Source: an uncultured Elusimicrobia bacterium
GTDB taxonomy: Bacteria; Elusimicrobiota; Elusimicrobia; UBA1565; UBA9628
NCBI GenBank assembly: GCA_964600165.1
Contig: CAZRIP010000003.1
Span: 4,683 to 68,682 of the forward strand
DNA length: 64,000 nucleotides
Direction: 5' to 3'
Below the pieces are notes generated by a model. It searched no databases and was not told the DNA's origin. It worked only from the letters and a program-made list of their open reading frames with translations. A program made the translations under genes and the position numbers. Shown here piece after piece: positions 54,866 through 64,000 of the stretch. Position 1 is the stretch's first letter; the number at the start of each line of letters is the position of its first letter.

Positions 54866-55459
54866 ATGGTCGTCTTTTTCGATATCGGGAACGTCTTGCT
54901 GCGCTACGACTCGCGCGAAGTGGCCAAACGCATCGCCTGGGCGCTGCGCAGCCACCCGCTCAAGGTCTTGCGCATCCTGTGGGCCAGCGATCTGGTCGAC
55001 GCCGTCGAGCGCGGCGCGCTGCCGCCGGACAAGCTCTTCGCCCTTTTTCGCGACGAGCTCGGCTTTGAAGGTGATTTCGAGAGCTTCCGTAAACTGTGGT
55101 GCGACCATTTCACCCTCGAGCGGCGCAACGCCGCGCTGCTCAAGTCGCTGGCCGCGCGCCACCGCGTCTTCCTTCTATCGAACACCAACGCCTTGCACTA
55201 CGAGTTCATCAAGGAGCGCTACGCGTTCGCGCGGCAGGCCCATGGAGCGGTGCTGTCTTACGAGCTCGGCCTGCGCAAGCCCGAGGCCGCGATCTACGAG
55301 GCCGCGCTCAAAACCGCGGGCGCCAAGGCGAGCGAGTCGGTCTTCATCGACGATCTCGAGGAGAACGTGCGCGGCGCGCGCAGGGTCGGCATGGCCGCGA
55401 TCCGCAACGCGCCGGGCGTCGATCTCAAGAGCGAGCTGGCGAAGCTCGGCGTGCGCTAG
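54866..55459 (+). CDS. HAD-superfamily hydrolase (subfamily IA)
   Basis: Motif I FFDIGNVL, motif II LLSNTN, motif IV FIDDLEENV. Confidence 0.75.
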   Translation: MVVFFDIGNVLLRYDSREVAKRIAWALRSHPLKVLRILWASDLVDAVERGALPPDKLFALFRDELGFEGDFESFRKLWCDHFTLERRNAALLKSLAARHRVFLLSNTNALHYEFIKERYAFARQAHGAVLSYELGLRKPEAAIYEAALKTAGAKASESVFIDDLEENVRGARRVGMAAIRNAPGVDLKSELAKLGVR

Positions 55460-57221
55460 GCTCGTCGGGGTACTTCTCGATCACGGCTCGCGCCGCGCGG
55501 CGCGTGAGGGCGTGATATGCGGGCGCCGCCTCCGCGAAGATTTCTCGCGCGACGGCGCGCCCCTTCGGCGTTCGGCCCAGGGCTTGATAGAGCGGCCGGA
55601 CGAATTTGACGCGGCCGACGCTCGAAAGCAGCGCTCTCGCCTGAGGAAAAGCTTCCTCTCGTCCGGCGGCCGCGGACAGGCACAGCCAGAGGCACAGTAC
55701 CTCGCAGTTGCCGCGCCCGTCGAGCCCGAGCAGGGCCTCGAGGCTCGCGCAGTCCGCGGCGTCGAGACCGTCCGGCAGCGCCTGCAGATAGACGAGCAGC
55801 TCGGCCGCGCTCCAGCGCGAGGCCTGCGCGGCGTCCGGGCGCCGTCCCTCGCGCCAGCCGGCGGCGAGCTCGGATAGAGCCCTGAGCCTCTCCGACACGA
55901 AGCAAGGCGCGCTCGCCGACAGACCCGCTCCGTCGAGCCATTCCCGGGCCCCGACGCGCGCGAGCAGGCCGGGAAAGGAGCTCTCGACGAAGGCGCAGAA
56001 CTCCTCGGTCGTGATGCTCGAGAAGCGATAGCGCCGCATGTACTCCTTGACGAAAAGCTCGAAGGGCTCTTTTCCCGCCGCGCGCTCGAGGACGACCAGG
56101 AAGCGCGCGCCCTTCTCGTAGGGCACGACGGAGTACGCGTCGTCGGGATCGACGCCCGTCAGACGCGTGCGCAGGCGCGTGAGCTCGGGCTTGTCCTTGA
56201 AGCGCTCGAGCGCGTCGTCCAAGTCCTTCTGTCCGATCGCCCAGGCGAGCGACTCGGCCCGCTCGCCGCGCAGAGCGCCGATGATGCGCCGCTCGGCCCA
56301 GACGGTCCAGCCCTCGTTGAGCCAGAAGTGCTCGGCCGTGGCGTTCGTGACGAGGTTTCCCGTCCAGCTGTGAGCGAGCTCGTGCGCGACGACGTCGACC
56401 AAGCTCCGGTCGCCCGCGAGGATCGTCGGCGTCAGGAAAGTCATCCGGGGATTTTCCATCCCTCCGTAAGGAAACGAAGGCGGCAGCACGAGCATGTCGT
56501 AGCGATCCCAGGGATAAGGCCCGAACATGGACTCAGCCCGCGCGAGCATCTCCTCGACGCCCGCGAACTCCCACGCGGCCTTGTCGACGACCTCCGGCTC
56601 GGCCCAGACGCGCGAGCGCGGCGAAAGGTCGCGCGACGAAAGCTCGCCCGCGGCCAGCGCCAAGAGATAGCTCGGGATCGGCTGCGGCATCGAAAAGCGA
56701 AAGGCGCGGCGTCCGGGACCCGCCGAGGCGTCGCCCGCGGGGCCGGCGCTCATCACGGCGGTCAGCCCTTCCGGCACGACAATCGCGGCCTCGTAGCTCA
56801 CTCGCGCCGCGGCGCTGTCTTGGCAAGGCGCGACGCTGCGCGCGTGAATCGGCTGGCACTGGCTGAACAAGAACGGCCGGCGCCGCGAGGACGTTTGTTC
56901 CGGAGACAACCACTGCAAGCCCTCGGCTTCCGGGCTCGTCTCGTAGCGGATCGTCACGCTGCCGGTCTTCTCGGGGAGGGTCAGCCGCAACCGCCGGCCG
57001 AGGATCGGCTCCTGCGCGCCGAGCTCATAGGGGACGCTCGCGCCCAGGATCGTCAGGCCCTTCGTGTCGAGGTCTAGCGGGCCCGCGCCCGGAGCGATGA
57101 GCGAGATCTCGATTTCTCCTTTTATAATCCGTCGGTCGAAGTCGAGGTCGAGCTTGAGCCGCCACGCTTTCGAGCGCGGCTGCGCGTCGTCGAAATAAGA
57201 ATGCGGGTCGACGCGCGACAC
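55425..57221 (-). CDS. M1-family zinc aminopeptidase (LTA4 hydrolase / cold-active aminopeptidase-like)
   Basis: GGMENPRMTF (GAMEN), HELAHSWTGNLVTN (HExxH), WLNEGWTVW. GTG start ~57221 (VSRVDPHSYF...). The Arg-rich 60 codons upstream are rejected. Confidence 0.85.
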   Translation of the reverse strand: MSRVDPHSYFDDAQPRSKAWRLKLDLDFDRRIIKGEIEISLIAPGAGPLDLDTKGLTILGASVPYELGAQEPILGRRLRLTLPEKTGSVTIRYETSPEAEGLQWLSPEQTSSRRRPFLFSQCQPIHARSVAPCQDSAAARVSYEAAIVVPEGLTAVMSAGPAGDASAGPGRRAFRFSMPQPIPSYLLALAAGELSSRDLSPRSRVWAEPEVVDKAAWEFAGVEEMLARAESMFGPYPWDRYDMLVLPPSFPYGGMENPRMTFLTPTILAGDRSLVDVVAHELAHSWTGNLVTNATAEHFWLNEGWTVWAERRIIGALRGERAESLAWAIGQKDLDDALERFKDKPELTRLRTRLTGVDPDDAYSVVPYEKGARFLVVLERAAGKEPFELFVKEYMRRYRFSSITTEEFCAFVESSFPGLLARVGAREWLDGAGLSASAPCFVSERLRALSELAAGWREGRRPDAAQASRWSAAELLVYLQALPDGLDAADCASLEALLGLDGRGNCEVLCLWLCLSAAAGREEAFPQARALLSSVGRVKFVRPLYQALGRTPKGRAVAREIFAEAAPAYHALTRRAARAVIEKYPDEPSARRASPARS

Positions 57222-58075
57222 TAGCCTCTCCGGGCGAGAGCCTGCGCGCAGTAGATGAGGTTGACGAACGTCATCGCGCGCGTGACTTGGCCTATGCGGT
57301 TGCCGGGCATCGTCGCGTGAGCGACGGCAGCGGGCAGCGACACGGCGTCGATGTTGCCTTGATAAGAAACGTCGACGACGCTGGCGCCCGGCCGGATCCA
57401 ATCCGTCGGGATGTTGAACTCGACGTCGGGAACCGCCGTCACGACGACGTCCGCGCGCCGGATGCAGTCTTCCATGTCCGATTGGCGCGTCTTATCGAAG
57501 CATTCGACGACCGTCGCGCCGAGGTTCTCGAGCATCAAACCCAGCGGCTTGCCCACGCGCATCGAGTGGTTGACGATCGTCACGAACCGCCGCTCGAGCG
57601 GCACGCCGTGGTGCTGGAGCGTCTTGACCACGGCCTTCGCCGTGGCGGGAACGACGCACTTGATGCCGCGCTCCTCGTCCATGTAGCGCTTGTACTTGAC
57701 CAAGTAGCCCAGGTTGAGCGAGTGCAGCCCCTCGACGTCCTTGTGCGGCGAAACGAGGTCCATCAGGTCCTTGTCGGCGACCTGGCCGCCGATCGGATAG
57801 AAGATCATGACGCCGGTGACTCTCGGATCGTCGTTGAGCGCGCCGATCGAAGACAGCAGCTCGCCCTCGTCTTTCGGCTCGAGCTTGCGCGCCTCGATGC
57901 CCAGGCGCGCCGCGTCCTTGAGCATCAAGTCGCGGTATTGCAGCGAGCCCGCGTTATGGCCCGGCGCGAAGAGCACCGTGGCCAAGGTCGGCGGCGTGGT
58001 CAGCTTGGCCTTAGCCTCGACGACCCAGTCGAAAAAGCGATGGGCGACGGCGCGGCAATCGAGCGTCTCGGGCAC
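57221..58075 (-). CDS. folD: Bifunctional methylenetetrahydrofolate dehydrogenase / methenyltetrahydrofolate cyclohydrolase
   Basis: FolD fold. NAD(P)-binding VVGRS-like region and a conserved C-terminal catalytic region. Confidence 0.9.
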   Translation of the reverse strand: MPETLDCRAVAHRFFDWVVEAKAKLTTPPTLATVLFAPGHNAGSLQYRDLMLKDAARLGIEARKLEPKDEGELLSSIGALNDDPRVTGVMIFYPIGGQVADKDLMDLVSPHKDVEGLHSLNLGYLVKYKRYMDEERGIKCVVPATAKAVVKTLQHHGVPLERRFVTIVNHSMRVGKPLGLMLENLGATVVECFDKTRQSDMEDCIRRADVVVTAVPDVEFNIPTDWIRPGASVVDVSYQGNIDAVSLPAAVAHATMPGNRIGQVTRAMTFVNLIYCAQALARRG

Positions 58076-58110
58076 GCGCCGATTCTACTACTTATCCCGC
58101 GATCGCCTCA

Positions 58111-59841
58111 TCAGCGCGCGGCGAGCTCATCGACGCGCCGGTCTTGAGACAGCATCGACGGACGCTTCGAGACGAGCCAAGCGTCGCCGTAGATCGCCGT
58201 CTTGCCGTCGGCCAGCAGAAAGACGGCTCCGTCTTGCAGCATCAGATCGTTGCCTCGAGCGTCGAAGTCGTGAACGCGCGTGATCTTCCCGCGCGAGAGC
58301 GCGATCGCCTTGACGCCGGCTTGGGCGAGCGAGATCGCGGGCTTGTTGAAACCCCCGACCTTCATCTTGAGGCCGTAGGCCTTCTCGAGCGCGGCGAGGT
58401 CGCCGGAGTTAAGACGTTGCTCTTCGAGCGCCCGCGGCGCGATCACTCCGGCGTCGACGGCTTTCTCGACGAGCGCGCGCAGGGCCTGAAACCCGTCCGC
58501 GAAGCTCTTGCCGTCTAGCTTGGTGCGGTCGCCGAAGAGCTCCGTCCCGTTCTCGCCCGGCTTGCCGTCGCCGTCGCCGTCGAAGACGAGCAGGCCCGTC
58601 CCAGGCGCCAGATCGTCGATCCACTGCAAGGAGTCCTTTCGGCCTTTGCCGTCGATGTCGTAGAGCACGCTGCCGGCCGCGGTTTGCGGCCCTCTTCCCG
58701 CGAGATCGAAGACCAGCGGCGAGGCTTGCCAGATTTGCTCGCCGACGATCTGGTCGCCGTTCAAAAATTCCAAACCGTATGTCCTTTTTGAGCCGAATGG
58801 TTTCGAATCGTCAAAGGCGATCACCTCGGCCTTGACGCTCGTGATGGGCCCGATAACCTGTCCATCTTGCGTGACAAGCGCCGGGCCGTATCCGCGAGAG
58901 CCCGGCACAACTTTATATTTCCGCTGCGGCCTCCGAGCCGATGGCTGGACCGCGGCCGTCGCCGCGAGCGGTTGGACCGCCACAGGCGCCGCGACTGCGG
59001 GTGACGCGATCACCGCAGACAAAACGACGGCCGGGATGCTCGGCGCGGCCGCTTGCGCCACCGTCGTCGTCGCCGCGTAATCGGCGCTCGAGCCCCCTCC
59101 TGTAAAACGCGTGCGTGCACGGCCCTTGGGCGTCGGGGCCGCGCCCTTGTGCTCGACGTTCGCGGCGATGCGCCGCTCGGGCTTCGGAGCGGCGACCGTC
59201 TGCGCCGCCGCGGCCACGAGATATTTGACCCCCTGGCCCACGTCGGCGGTGTACGCATCGAGCTTGCTCAAAGTCGTGGTCAGGGCCGTGGCGAGGCCGC
59301 CGGAAGATTTGGCGGCGACGGCAGGGGCGATGCCGGCCGCGTCGAGCTCGCTTGCGTAGACGAGCCTCTCGGATCCGTCCTCGCCCGCAGGCTCCCAGGA
59401 CGCGAGGCGGCGCGTCGCGGCGGCCGCGCGCCGGGCCTTCGCCTTGACGGTCGGCGTCTCGAATCGAATCGGGTCGATCGCGGCGACGCGCTCCGGCCAG
59501 GTCCAGGAGGCCGCGACCCGCGCGGCCGCCCAATCCTCGGCCGAGCACGGCCCGTGATCGGCGACCGGAAGCGGAGCGGCGACGGGTTCCGCGACGACCG
59601 CCGGCGGCGCGGTAAGCAAAGTCCGGGGCTCGAGAGCGGGAGCGGACCGATCCGGCGTCGCCGCGGCCGCGTCGGCCGGAATAGGCGGCTGAGCCGCGTC
59701 CTTCGGTTGATACGAAAACCAGCCCGCCGCCGCCGTCGCGGCGAGCACGCCGGCCCCCAGTAGCGCCTCGCGGCGCCCCAGCGCCCGCCGCCGCGACGGC
59801 CGCGGCGTGTAGGAGCTCTCTGAAATCGTTTGGGGGATCAT
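58111..59841 (-). CDS. Hypothetical membrane-anchored exported protein with Ca-binding-like DxDGDG motifs
   Basis: Start at the ATG at 59841 (MIPQTISESSY..., then a TM helix). Ala/Pro-rich linker. C-terminal domain with DIDGKGRKD, VFDGDGDGKPGENG and LADGKT. The 284 upstream codons are antisense to the divergent gene. Confidence 0.5.
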   Translation of the reverse strand: MIPQTISESSYTPRPSRRRALGRREALLGAGVLAATAAAGWFSYQPKDAAQPPIPADAAAATPDRSAPALEPRTLLTAPPAVVAEPVAAPLPVADHGPCSAEDWAAARVAASWTWPERVAAIDPIRFETPTVKAKARRAAAATRRLASWEPAGEDGSERLVYASELDAAGIAPAVAAKSSGGLATALTTTLSKLDAYTADVGQGVKYLVAAAAQTVAAPKPERRIAANVEHKGAAPTPKGRARTRFTGGGSSADYAATTTVAQAAAPSIPAVVLSAVIASPAVAAPVAVQPLAATAAVQPSARRPQRKYKVVPGSRGYGPALVTQDGQVIGPITSVKAEVIAFDDSKPFGSKRTYGLEFLNGDQIVGEQIWQASPLVFDLAGRGPQTAAGSVLYDIDGKGRKDSLQWIDDLAPGTGLLVFDGDGDGKPGENGTELFGDRTKLDGKSFADGFQALRALVEKAVDAGVIAPRALEEQRLNSGDLAALEKAYGLKMKVGGFNKPAISLAQAGVKAIALSRGKITRVHDFDARGNDLMLQDGAVFLLADGKTAIYGDAWLVSKRPSMLSQDRRVDELAAR

Positions 59842-59931
59842 GGCTCTAGTATAGGGTCCGCGCGCGCGCGCATCCACCGCGCCACGGCAAAAGGAACGCA
59901 AAAAAAGCGTAAATGGTACAATCGCTCCTCG

Positions 59932-61329
59932 ATGAGGGCTTCCCTGCGCGCCTTGGCCGTCCTGGCCTTCGTCGAGATCGCCGCGTTCGGCGTCTTCTCC
60001 TCGCGCATCGGCTTTTACCACGACGACTGGGTCGTGCTCGAGCAGCTCTCGTCGGGAGGCTTCGCGGATCAAGTCCGCGCCCTGCGCTGGCTGGCGCCGC
60101 GGCCGCTCGACATTCCGCTCAACCAAGCTTTTTTCGCGATCGGCGGGCTCAACCCGCTTCCTTATCATCTCCTGCGCCTGCTGCTGGACCTCGCCGCGGG
60201 CTGGCTGTTCTATCTGCTGCTCGAGCGGCTGACGGGCCGGCGCGCCCTGGCGCTGTGCGCCGCCGCGCTCGCCATGCTCGTCCCGAACCGCGACGTCCTG
60301 CATTTCTGGTTCGGGATCAGCAACGAGAGCGCGGCGACGGTGGCGATGTTCGGGGCGCTGCTCTGTTATTGGGACTGGCTCGAAAAGCGCCGCGCTCCCG
60401 CGTTGTGGGCCGGGCTTTTCCTTTATATGGCCAGCGTGCTGACCTACGAGGCGCTGGCGTTCTTCCCGCTCGTCCTCTTCGCCGCGCGCGCCAAGAACGT
60501 CTCGTCCGCCAAGCGCGAGTTTCGGCGGTTCTGGCCGTTCGGAGCCGTCCTCGCGGTCGCGCTTTTGTGGCAGCGCAAGGGCGCGGCCTTGTACGCGGGG
60601 ATCGAGAACAACAAGACGATGGGGTTCTCGGCCGCGCACGCGCTCAAGGTCTTCGGCGCGGGCTTCGAGTGCGTGTCGAACCGCGTCGTGCACATCGGCG
60701 CGCTGTCGTTAAGAAGCCTTTGGGAGAACCATCCGTTTTACTTCCTCCCCTGCGCGCTGCTCGCGGCCGCGATGACTTGGCCGCTTCTTAGAGATCGCGA
60801 CGAGAAACGCGGCGAGGCGAAACCTTGGCTCATCGCCGCCGCGCTTTTCTTCGCGGCCTATCTGCCCTACGCCGCCACCGCCGACTACACGCCCCAGATC
60901 TTCGGCGTCATGTCGCGCACGAACGCGGGCGGCGCTTGGGCTTGCGGCCTGCTTCTCGCCTTACTTCTTTCGCTCGCCAAAAAGCCCTATATGAAATCAG
61001 CGCTGCTCGGCCTTCTCGTCCTCGCGTTCACGGCGACCGACTGGCACCGCGCCTTGGCCTGGGGCAGCTCCTGGGACGCGCAGCGCGAGATCTTCGCCAA
61101 GCTCAAGGCGAAGGACCTCCCGCAAGGCGCGCGCGTCCTCTTGACCGGCGCGCCGTCAGACCTCGACCACGCCGTGGTGATCGAGGCCGAGTACGCCTTC
61201 GACGCCTCGCTGCGCCTGATGACCGGCCGCTCGGACCTCCACGGAAACCTCTTGAGCCTCGAGAAAGGCCCCAGTCCGGGCAGCCTCGTCTACGACGCCC
61301 GAACGGGCGTCTTGTCGTCGAGGAATTGA
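59932..61329 (+). CDS. Polytopic membrane protein (GT-C / mannosyltransferase-like fold suspected)
   Basis: Start at the ATG at 59932 (MRASLRALAVLAF). About 11 TM helices. Divergent from the 58111-59841 gene. Confidence 0.55.
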   Translation: MRASLRALAVLAFVEIAAFGVFSSRIGFYHDDWVVLEQLSSGGFADQVRALRWLAPRPLDIPLNQAFFAIGGLNPLPYHLLRLLLDLAAGWLFYLLLERLTGRRALALCAAALAMLVPNRDVLHFWFGISNESAATVAMFGALLCYWDWLEKRRAPALWAGLFLYMASVLTYEALAFFPLVLFAARAKNVSSAKREFRRFWPFGAVLAVALLWQRKGAALYAGIENNKTMGFSAAHALKVFGAGFECVSNRVVHIGALSLRSLWENHPFYFLPCALLAAAMTWPLLRDRDEKRGEAKPWLIAAALFFAAYLPYAATADYTPQIFGVMSRTNAGGAWACGLLLALLLSLAKKPYMKSALLGLLVLAFTATDWHRALAWGSSWDAQREIFAKLKAKDLPQGARVLLTGAPSDLDHAVVIEAEYAFDASLRLMTGRSDLHGNLLSLEKGPSPGSLVYDARTGVLSSRN

Positions 61330-61343
61330 TAGAATCTCCGTCG

Positions 61344-62141
61344 ATGAAGCTCGAACCCGCCCGGCTGCGCCGCAGCGTCCTGGAGATGGCGCACCGCGGC
61401 CAGACCGTCCACGTGCCGTGCGCGTTCTCGCTCATCGAGATCCTCTCCGTTTTGTACTCCGATTTCATACGCCGGCCGAGCGGCAGGCCCGACGATCCCG
61501 AGCGCGACGTGCTCGCGCTCTCGAAGGGCCACGGCGTGATGGCGCTCTACGCCGTCTTGGGCGAGCTCGGCTGGATCACGAAAGAATGTCTCGATAACTA
61601 CAACGCGGACGGCTCGCCCTTGCGCGGCCTCTCCGAGAACAACATCCCCGGCGTCGACGTGACCTCGGGCTCCATGGGCCACGGCCTGCCGATCGCCGCC
61701 GGCTGGGCGTTCGGCCTCAAGAAGATGAAGAGCGCTCGCCGCGTCTACTGCGTCGTCGGCGACGGCGAGATGAACGAAGGATCGATGTGGGAGGCGCTCG
61801 CCTTCGCGGGCCACCACAAGCTCGACAACCTGACCGTCATCGTCGACGCCAACGCGTTCCAGGCCATGGGCCGCACCAAGGACATCCTGGACCTCGAGCC
61901 CTTCGAGGCGAAGTTCGAGGCGTTCGGCTTTTTCGCCGCGGGCTGCGACGGCCACGACCGCAAGGCCATCGCCTCCAATCTCAAGAAGCTCCTGAAGGTC
62001 AAAGGCAAGCCGCAGGCCCTGGTCGCGCGCACCGTCAAGGGCAAGGGCGTCTCTTTCATGGAAGCCGACAACAAGTGGCACTACACGCGGCTGACGAAAG
62101 AGTCGCTCGAGAAGGCGCTCGCCGAGCTGCCTCTCGTATGA
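61344..62141 (+). CDS. Transketolase, N-terminal subunit (split transketolase)
   Basis: TPP-binding motifs SKGHG...GSMGHGLPIAAG...GDGEMNEG. 265 aa. Confidence 0.85.
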   Translation: MKLEPARLRRSVLEMAHRGQTVHVPCAFSLIEILSVLYSDFIRRPSGRPDDPERDVLALSKGHGVMALYAVLGELGWITKECLDNYNADGSPLRGLSENNIPGVDVTSGSMGHGLPIAAGWAFGLKKMKSARRVYCVVGDGEMNEGSMWEALAFAGHHKLDNLTVIVDANAFQAMGRTKDILDLEPFEAKFEAFGFFAAGCDGHDRKAIASNLKKLLKVKGKPQALVARTVKGKGVSFMEADNKWHYTRLTKESLEKALAELPLV

Positions 62142-63061
62142 GGACCGCGCTCTCGAACGTTCTGACCAAGTCCGCGGAGGCCGACGAGCGTTTCGTCGTC
62201 CTCTCGGGCGACCACGGCTACGCGCTTTTCGACGAGCTGCGCCGCGCGCGCCCCGAGCAGTTCGTCAACGTCGGCATCGCCGAGCAGGCGATGGTGGGCT
62301 TGGCCGCCGGCATGGCCCGCGCGGGCTACCTGCCGGTGATCTACGGCCTCGCCGCCTTCGTGCCGATGCGCGTGGCCGAGCAGATCAAGCTCGACTTTTG
62401 CTTTTCCAAGACCAAGGTCATCATCCTCGGCGACGGCGCCGGGCTCGTCTATTCGACGCTCGGGGCCTCTCACCAGTGCGGCGAGGACATCGCGTGCCTG
62501 CGGCCGATGCCGCACCTGCGCGTCTACGCGCCCTGCGACGCCGAGGAGCTCAAGGCCTGCTACAAAGAGGCGCTCGGCTACGACGGGCCCAGTTATCTTC
62601 GCATCGGCAAGAGCGACCGGCCGCCGGTGCACGTCAAGTCTCTTTCTTCCGCGTCGCCGCATCTCGTCAAAAAGGGAGCGCGCCCGGTCTGTCTCGTCTC
62701 TCTGGGCTCGATGACGGCGCCTTGCGTCAAGATCGCCGAAGACCTCGGGCTTTCCTGCCTGTCGGTCCCGCGCGTAAAACCCCTCGACGCCTCGCTGCTC
62801 AAGACGCTGTCCGCCTTCGAAAAGCTCATCGTCGTCGAGGAGCACAGCGCGGCCGGCGGCCTCGCCTCCGCGATCCTCGAGCTCGGCGCGACGGGCGCCG
62901 GTCCGTCGCTGCCGCCCCTGTTTTCGATCGCGCTCAAGGAGCGCTTCACGGAGCTTTGCGGCGGATATCAGTTCGCGCTGTCGGAGCACGACTTGTCCGA
63001 CGAGCAGCTGGAGAAGCGCGTGAAGGCCGCGCTTACAAGTAAGACAGCACGGTCCGCCTAA
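62138..63061 (+). CDS. Transketolase, C-terminal subunit (split transketolase)
   Basis: Pyrimidine-binding and C-terminal domains (GIAEQAMVGLAAG...). ATGA overlap with the N-terminal subunit gene. Confidence 0.85.
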   Translation: MRTALSNVLTKSAEADERFVVLSGDHGYALFDELRRARPEQFVNVGIAEQAMVGLAAGMARAGYLPVIYGLAAFVPMRVAEQIKLDFCFSKTKVIILGDGAGLVYSTLGASHQCGEDIACLRPMPHLRVYAPCDAEELKACYKEALGYDGPSYLRIGKSDRPPVHVKSLSSASPHLVKKGARPVCLVSLGSMTAPCVKIAEDLGLSCLSVPRVKPLDASLLKTLSAFEKLIVVEEHSAAGGLASAILELGATGAGPSLPPLFSIALKERFTELCGGYQFALSEHDLSDEQLEKRVKAALTSKTARSA

Positions 63062-64000
63062 AACCGTCGTCGATCCCGTGCGTGGGCCCCCAGCCCAGCG
63101 CGCGCAGCCGCGAGATGTCGGGGCAGAACCGCGGGAACGGGCTCGGCAAGTAATTGGTGCCCGGCTTCCACCCGTGGCGCACCACGCGCAGCTTTTTTTC
63201 GGGAAAGAGCTTCACGAGTCGCCGCGCCAACGCGAGGATCGAGACGTCGGTCTTGTCGTTGCCGATGTTATACGCCGTGCCCGGCGCGCCCTTGAGCATC
63301 GCCGTGAAGGTCGCCGTCGTCGTGTCCGCGAGATAGCAGTAAGCGCGCACGGCCTTGCCGTCGCCGCGCACGGTGATGTCCCGGTTGCTGACGATGTCGC
63401 CGACGAAATCCGAGAACGCGCGCCCGTCGCCCAGAGGCATGCCCGGGCCGTAGGTGTGGAAGATGCGGATGATGATCGTGTGCACGCCGTACTGGCGGTG
63501 CCAGGCCGCGCATAAGGTCTCTCCCATGCGCTTGCCTTCCGTGTAGCAGGCGCGCGGATGAAGCGGGTCGACCAGCCCGACGTCCTGCTCGCGCAGCTTG
63601 TGCAATGGCTTGACCGTCTCGCCGTAGACCTCGCAGCTCGAGAAATAGAGGACGGCGGCGCCCTTCTCGCGCGCGAGTTCCAACAAGCGGCTCGTGCCGA
63701 AGATATTGGGCCCGAGCGTACCGACGGGGTCGGTGCCGTAATACATCGGGCTCGCTTGGCTGGCCGCATGCAGGATCCAATGCACGGGGCCGGAGGGCCT
63801 CAAGGCCTCGGAGGCGTCGCCGACCAAGAGGCGCAAGTCCTTCCTTCCTCGATACGCCGCGAAGCGCAGGCGGCCTTTTTCTCCATTGCGGACGGCGCCG
63901 ATCACCCTGATGCCGAGCTTTTTTTTCTCATTGATATAAAGAAGCGCCTCGATGAAATAGGCCGGCAAAAAACCGTTGGCGCCCGTCACGAGGATCGTCT
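63033..64000 (-). CDS. NAD-dependent sugar-nucleotide epimerase/dehydratase (UDP-glucuronate decarboxylase-like), 5'-truncated at the window edge
   Basis: ...ILVTGANGF (Rossmann motif at the window edge), extended-SDR catalytic YxxxK region (ACYTEGKRMGE). Continues past nt 64000. Confidence 0.8.
   Translation of the reverse strand, partial: TILVTGANGFLPAYFIEALLYINEKKKLGIRVIGAVRNGEKGRLRFAAYRGRKDLRLLVGDASEALRPSGPVHWILHAASQASPMYYGTDPVGTLGPNIFGTSRLLELAREKGAAVLYFSSCEVYGETVKPLHKLREQDVGLVDPLHPRACYTEGKRMGETLCAAWHRQYGVHTIIIRIFHTYGPGMPLGDGRAFSDFVGDIVSNRDITVRGDGKAVRAYCYLADTTTATFTAMLKGAPGTAYNIGNDKTDVSILALARRLVKLFPEKKLRVVRHGWKPGTNYLPSPFPRFCPDISRLRALGWGPTHGIDDGFRRTVLSYL

Noticed and set aside
59842-60693. 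N-terminal 284 codons of the minus ORF 58111-60693
   Set aside because: Antisense to the 59932-61329 membrane-protein gene. A clean ATG plus TM anchor begins at 59841.

Overview
This is a high-GC (~68-70%) bacterial chromosomal segment. It is almost entirely coding, with no CRISPR array and no obvious transposon.

Positions 7150-27746 form one collinear minus-strand housekeeping block: trm112-like, tldD/pmbA, pth, rplY(ctc), prs, glmU, tRNA-Gln, spoVG, ispE, a TPR protein, rimI, tsaB, tsaE, nnrD, acpS, glmS, pdxJ, glmM, folP, ftsH, hpt and an Omp85-like outer-membrane protein. Many junctions in this block are 1- to 4-nt start/stop overlaps (GTGA, ATGA, TAATG).

Positions 27745-53204 are almost entirely plus-strand:
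- ddl.
- An ECF sigma factor, a transmembrane zinc-finger (HxxxCxxC, 'ZAS') anti-sigma factor and an RseB-like protein.
- A sodium:solute symporter.
- A single uninterrupted 8,286-nt gene (34125-42410, 2,761 aa).
- tauE, then infC (which reads best with a non-canonical ATA start), rpmI, rplT, pheS, pheT, a zapB-like gene, zapA, rarA, xseA and xseB.
- A DUF5009-type acyltransferase and rluD.

The remainder carries trmO, eamA, a HAD hydrolase, an M1 aminopeptidase, folD, a divergent hypothetical pair, a split transketolase and a partial sugar-nucleotide epimerase gene. A higBA toxin-antitoxin pair sits near the 5' end.

The main discovery candidate is the giant gene. Its product reads as one polypeptide: a signal peptide and Ala-rich exo-domain; a site-2-protease-like M50 intramembrane metalloprotease (HEYAH and NxxPxxxxDG motifs); a further transmembrane segment; a complete ClpB/ClpC-like double AAA+ unfoldase; three tandem ~150-aa repeats with GHKL/anti-sigma-kinase-like glycine boxes; and a ~600-aa alpha-helical-repeat tail. 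It lies ~2 kb downstream of the sigma/anti-sigma/RseB cassette, which suggests a fused regulated-intramembrane-proteolysis and unfolding machine. I know of no described protein with this architecture.

Other notable items:
- A 21-bp perfect palindrome (CATCCGCCACGTGGCGGATGA) occurs twice in promoter-proximal intergenic positions.
- A Trm112-like 47-aa gene is missing from the ORF track.
- The infC start is best read as AUA.
- Several start codons need revision.

The ORF track prints GTG and TTG starts as M. My hand-counted coordinates can be off by 1-2 nt in places.
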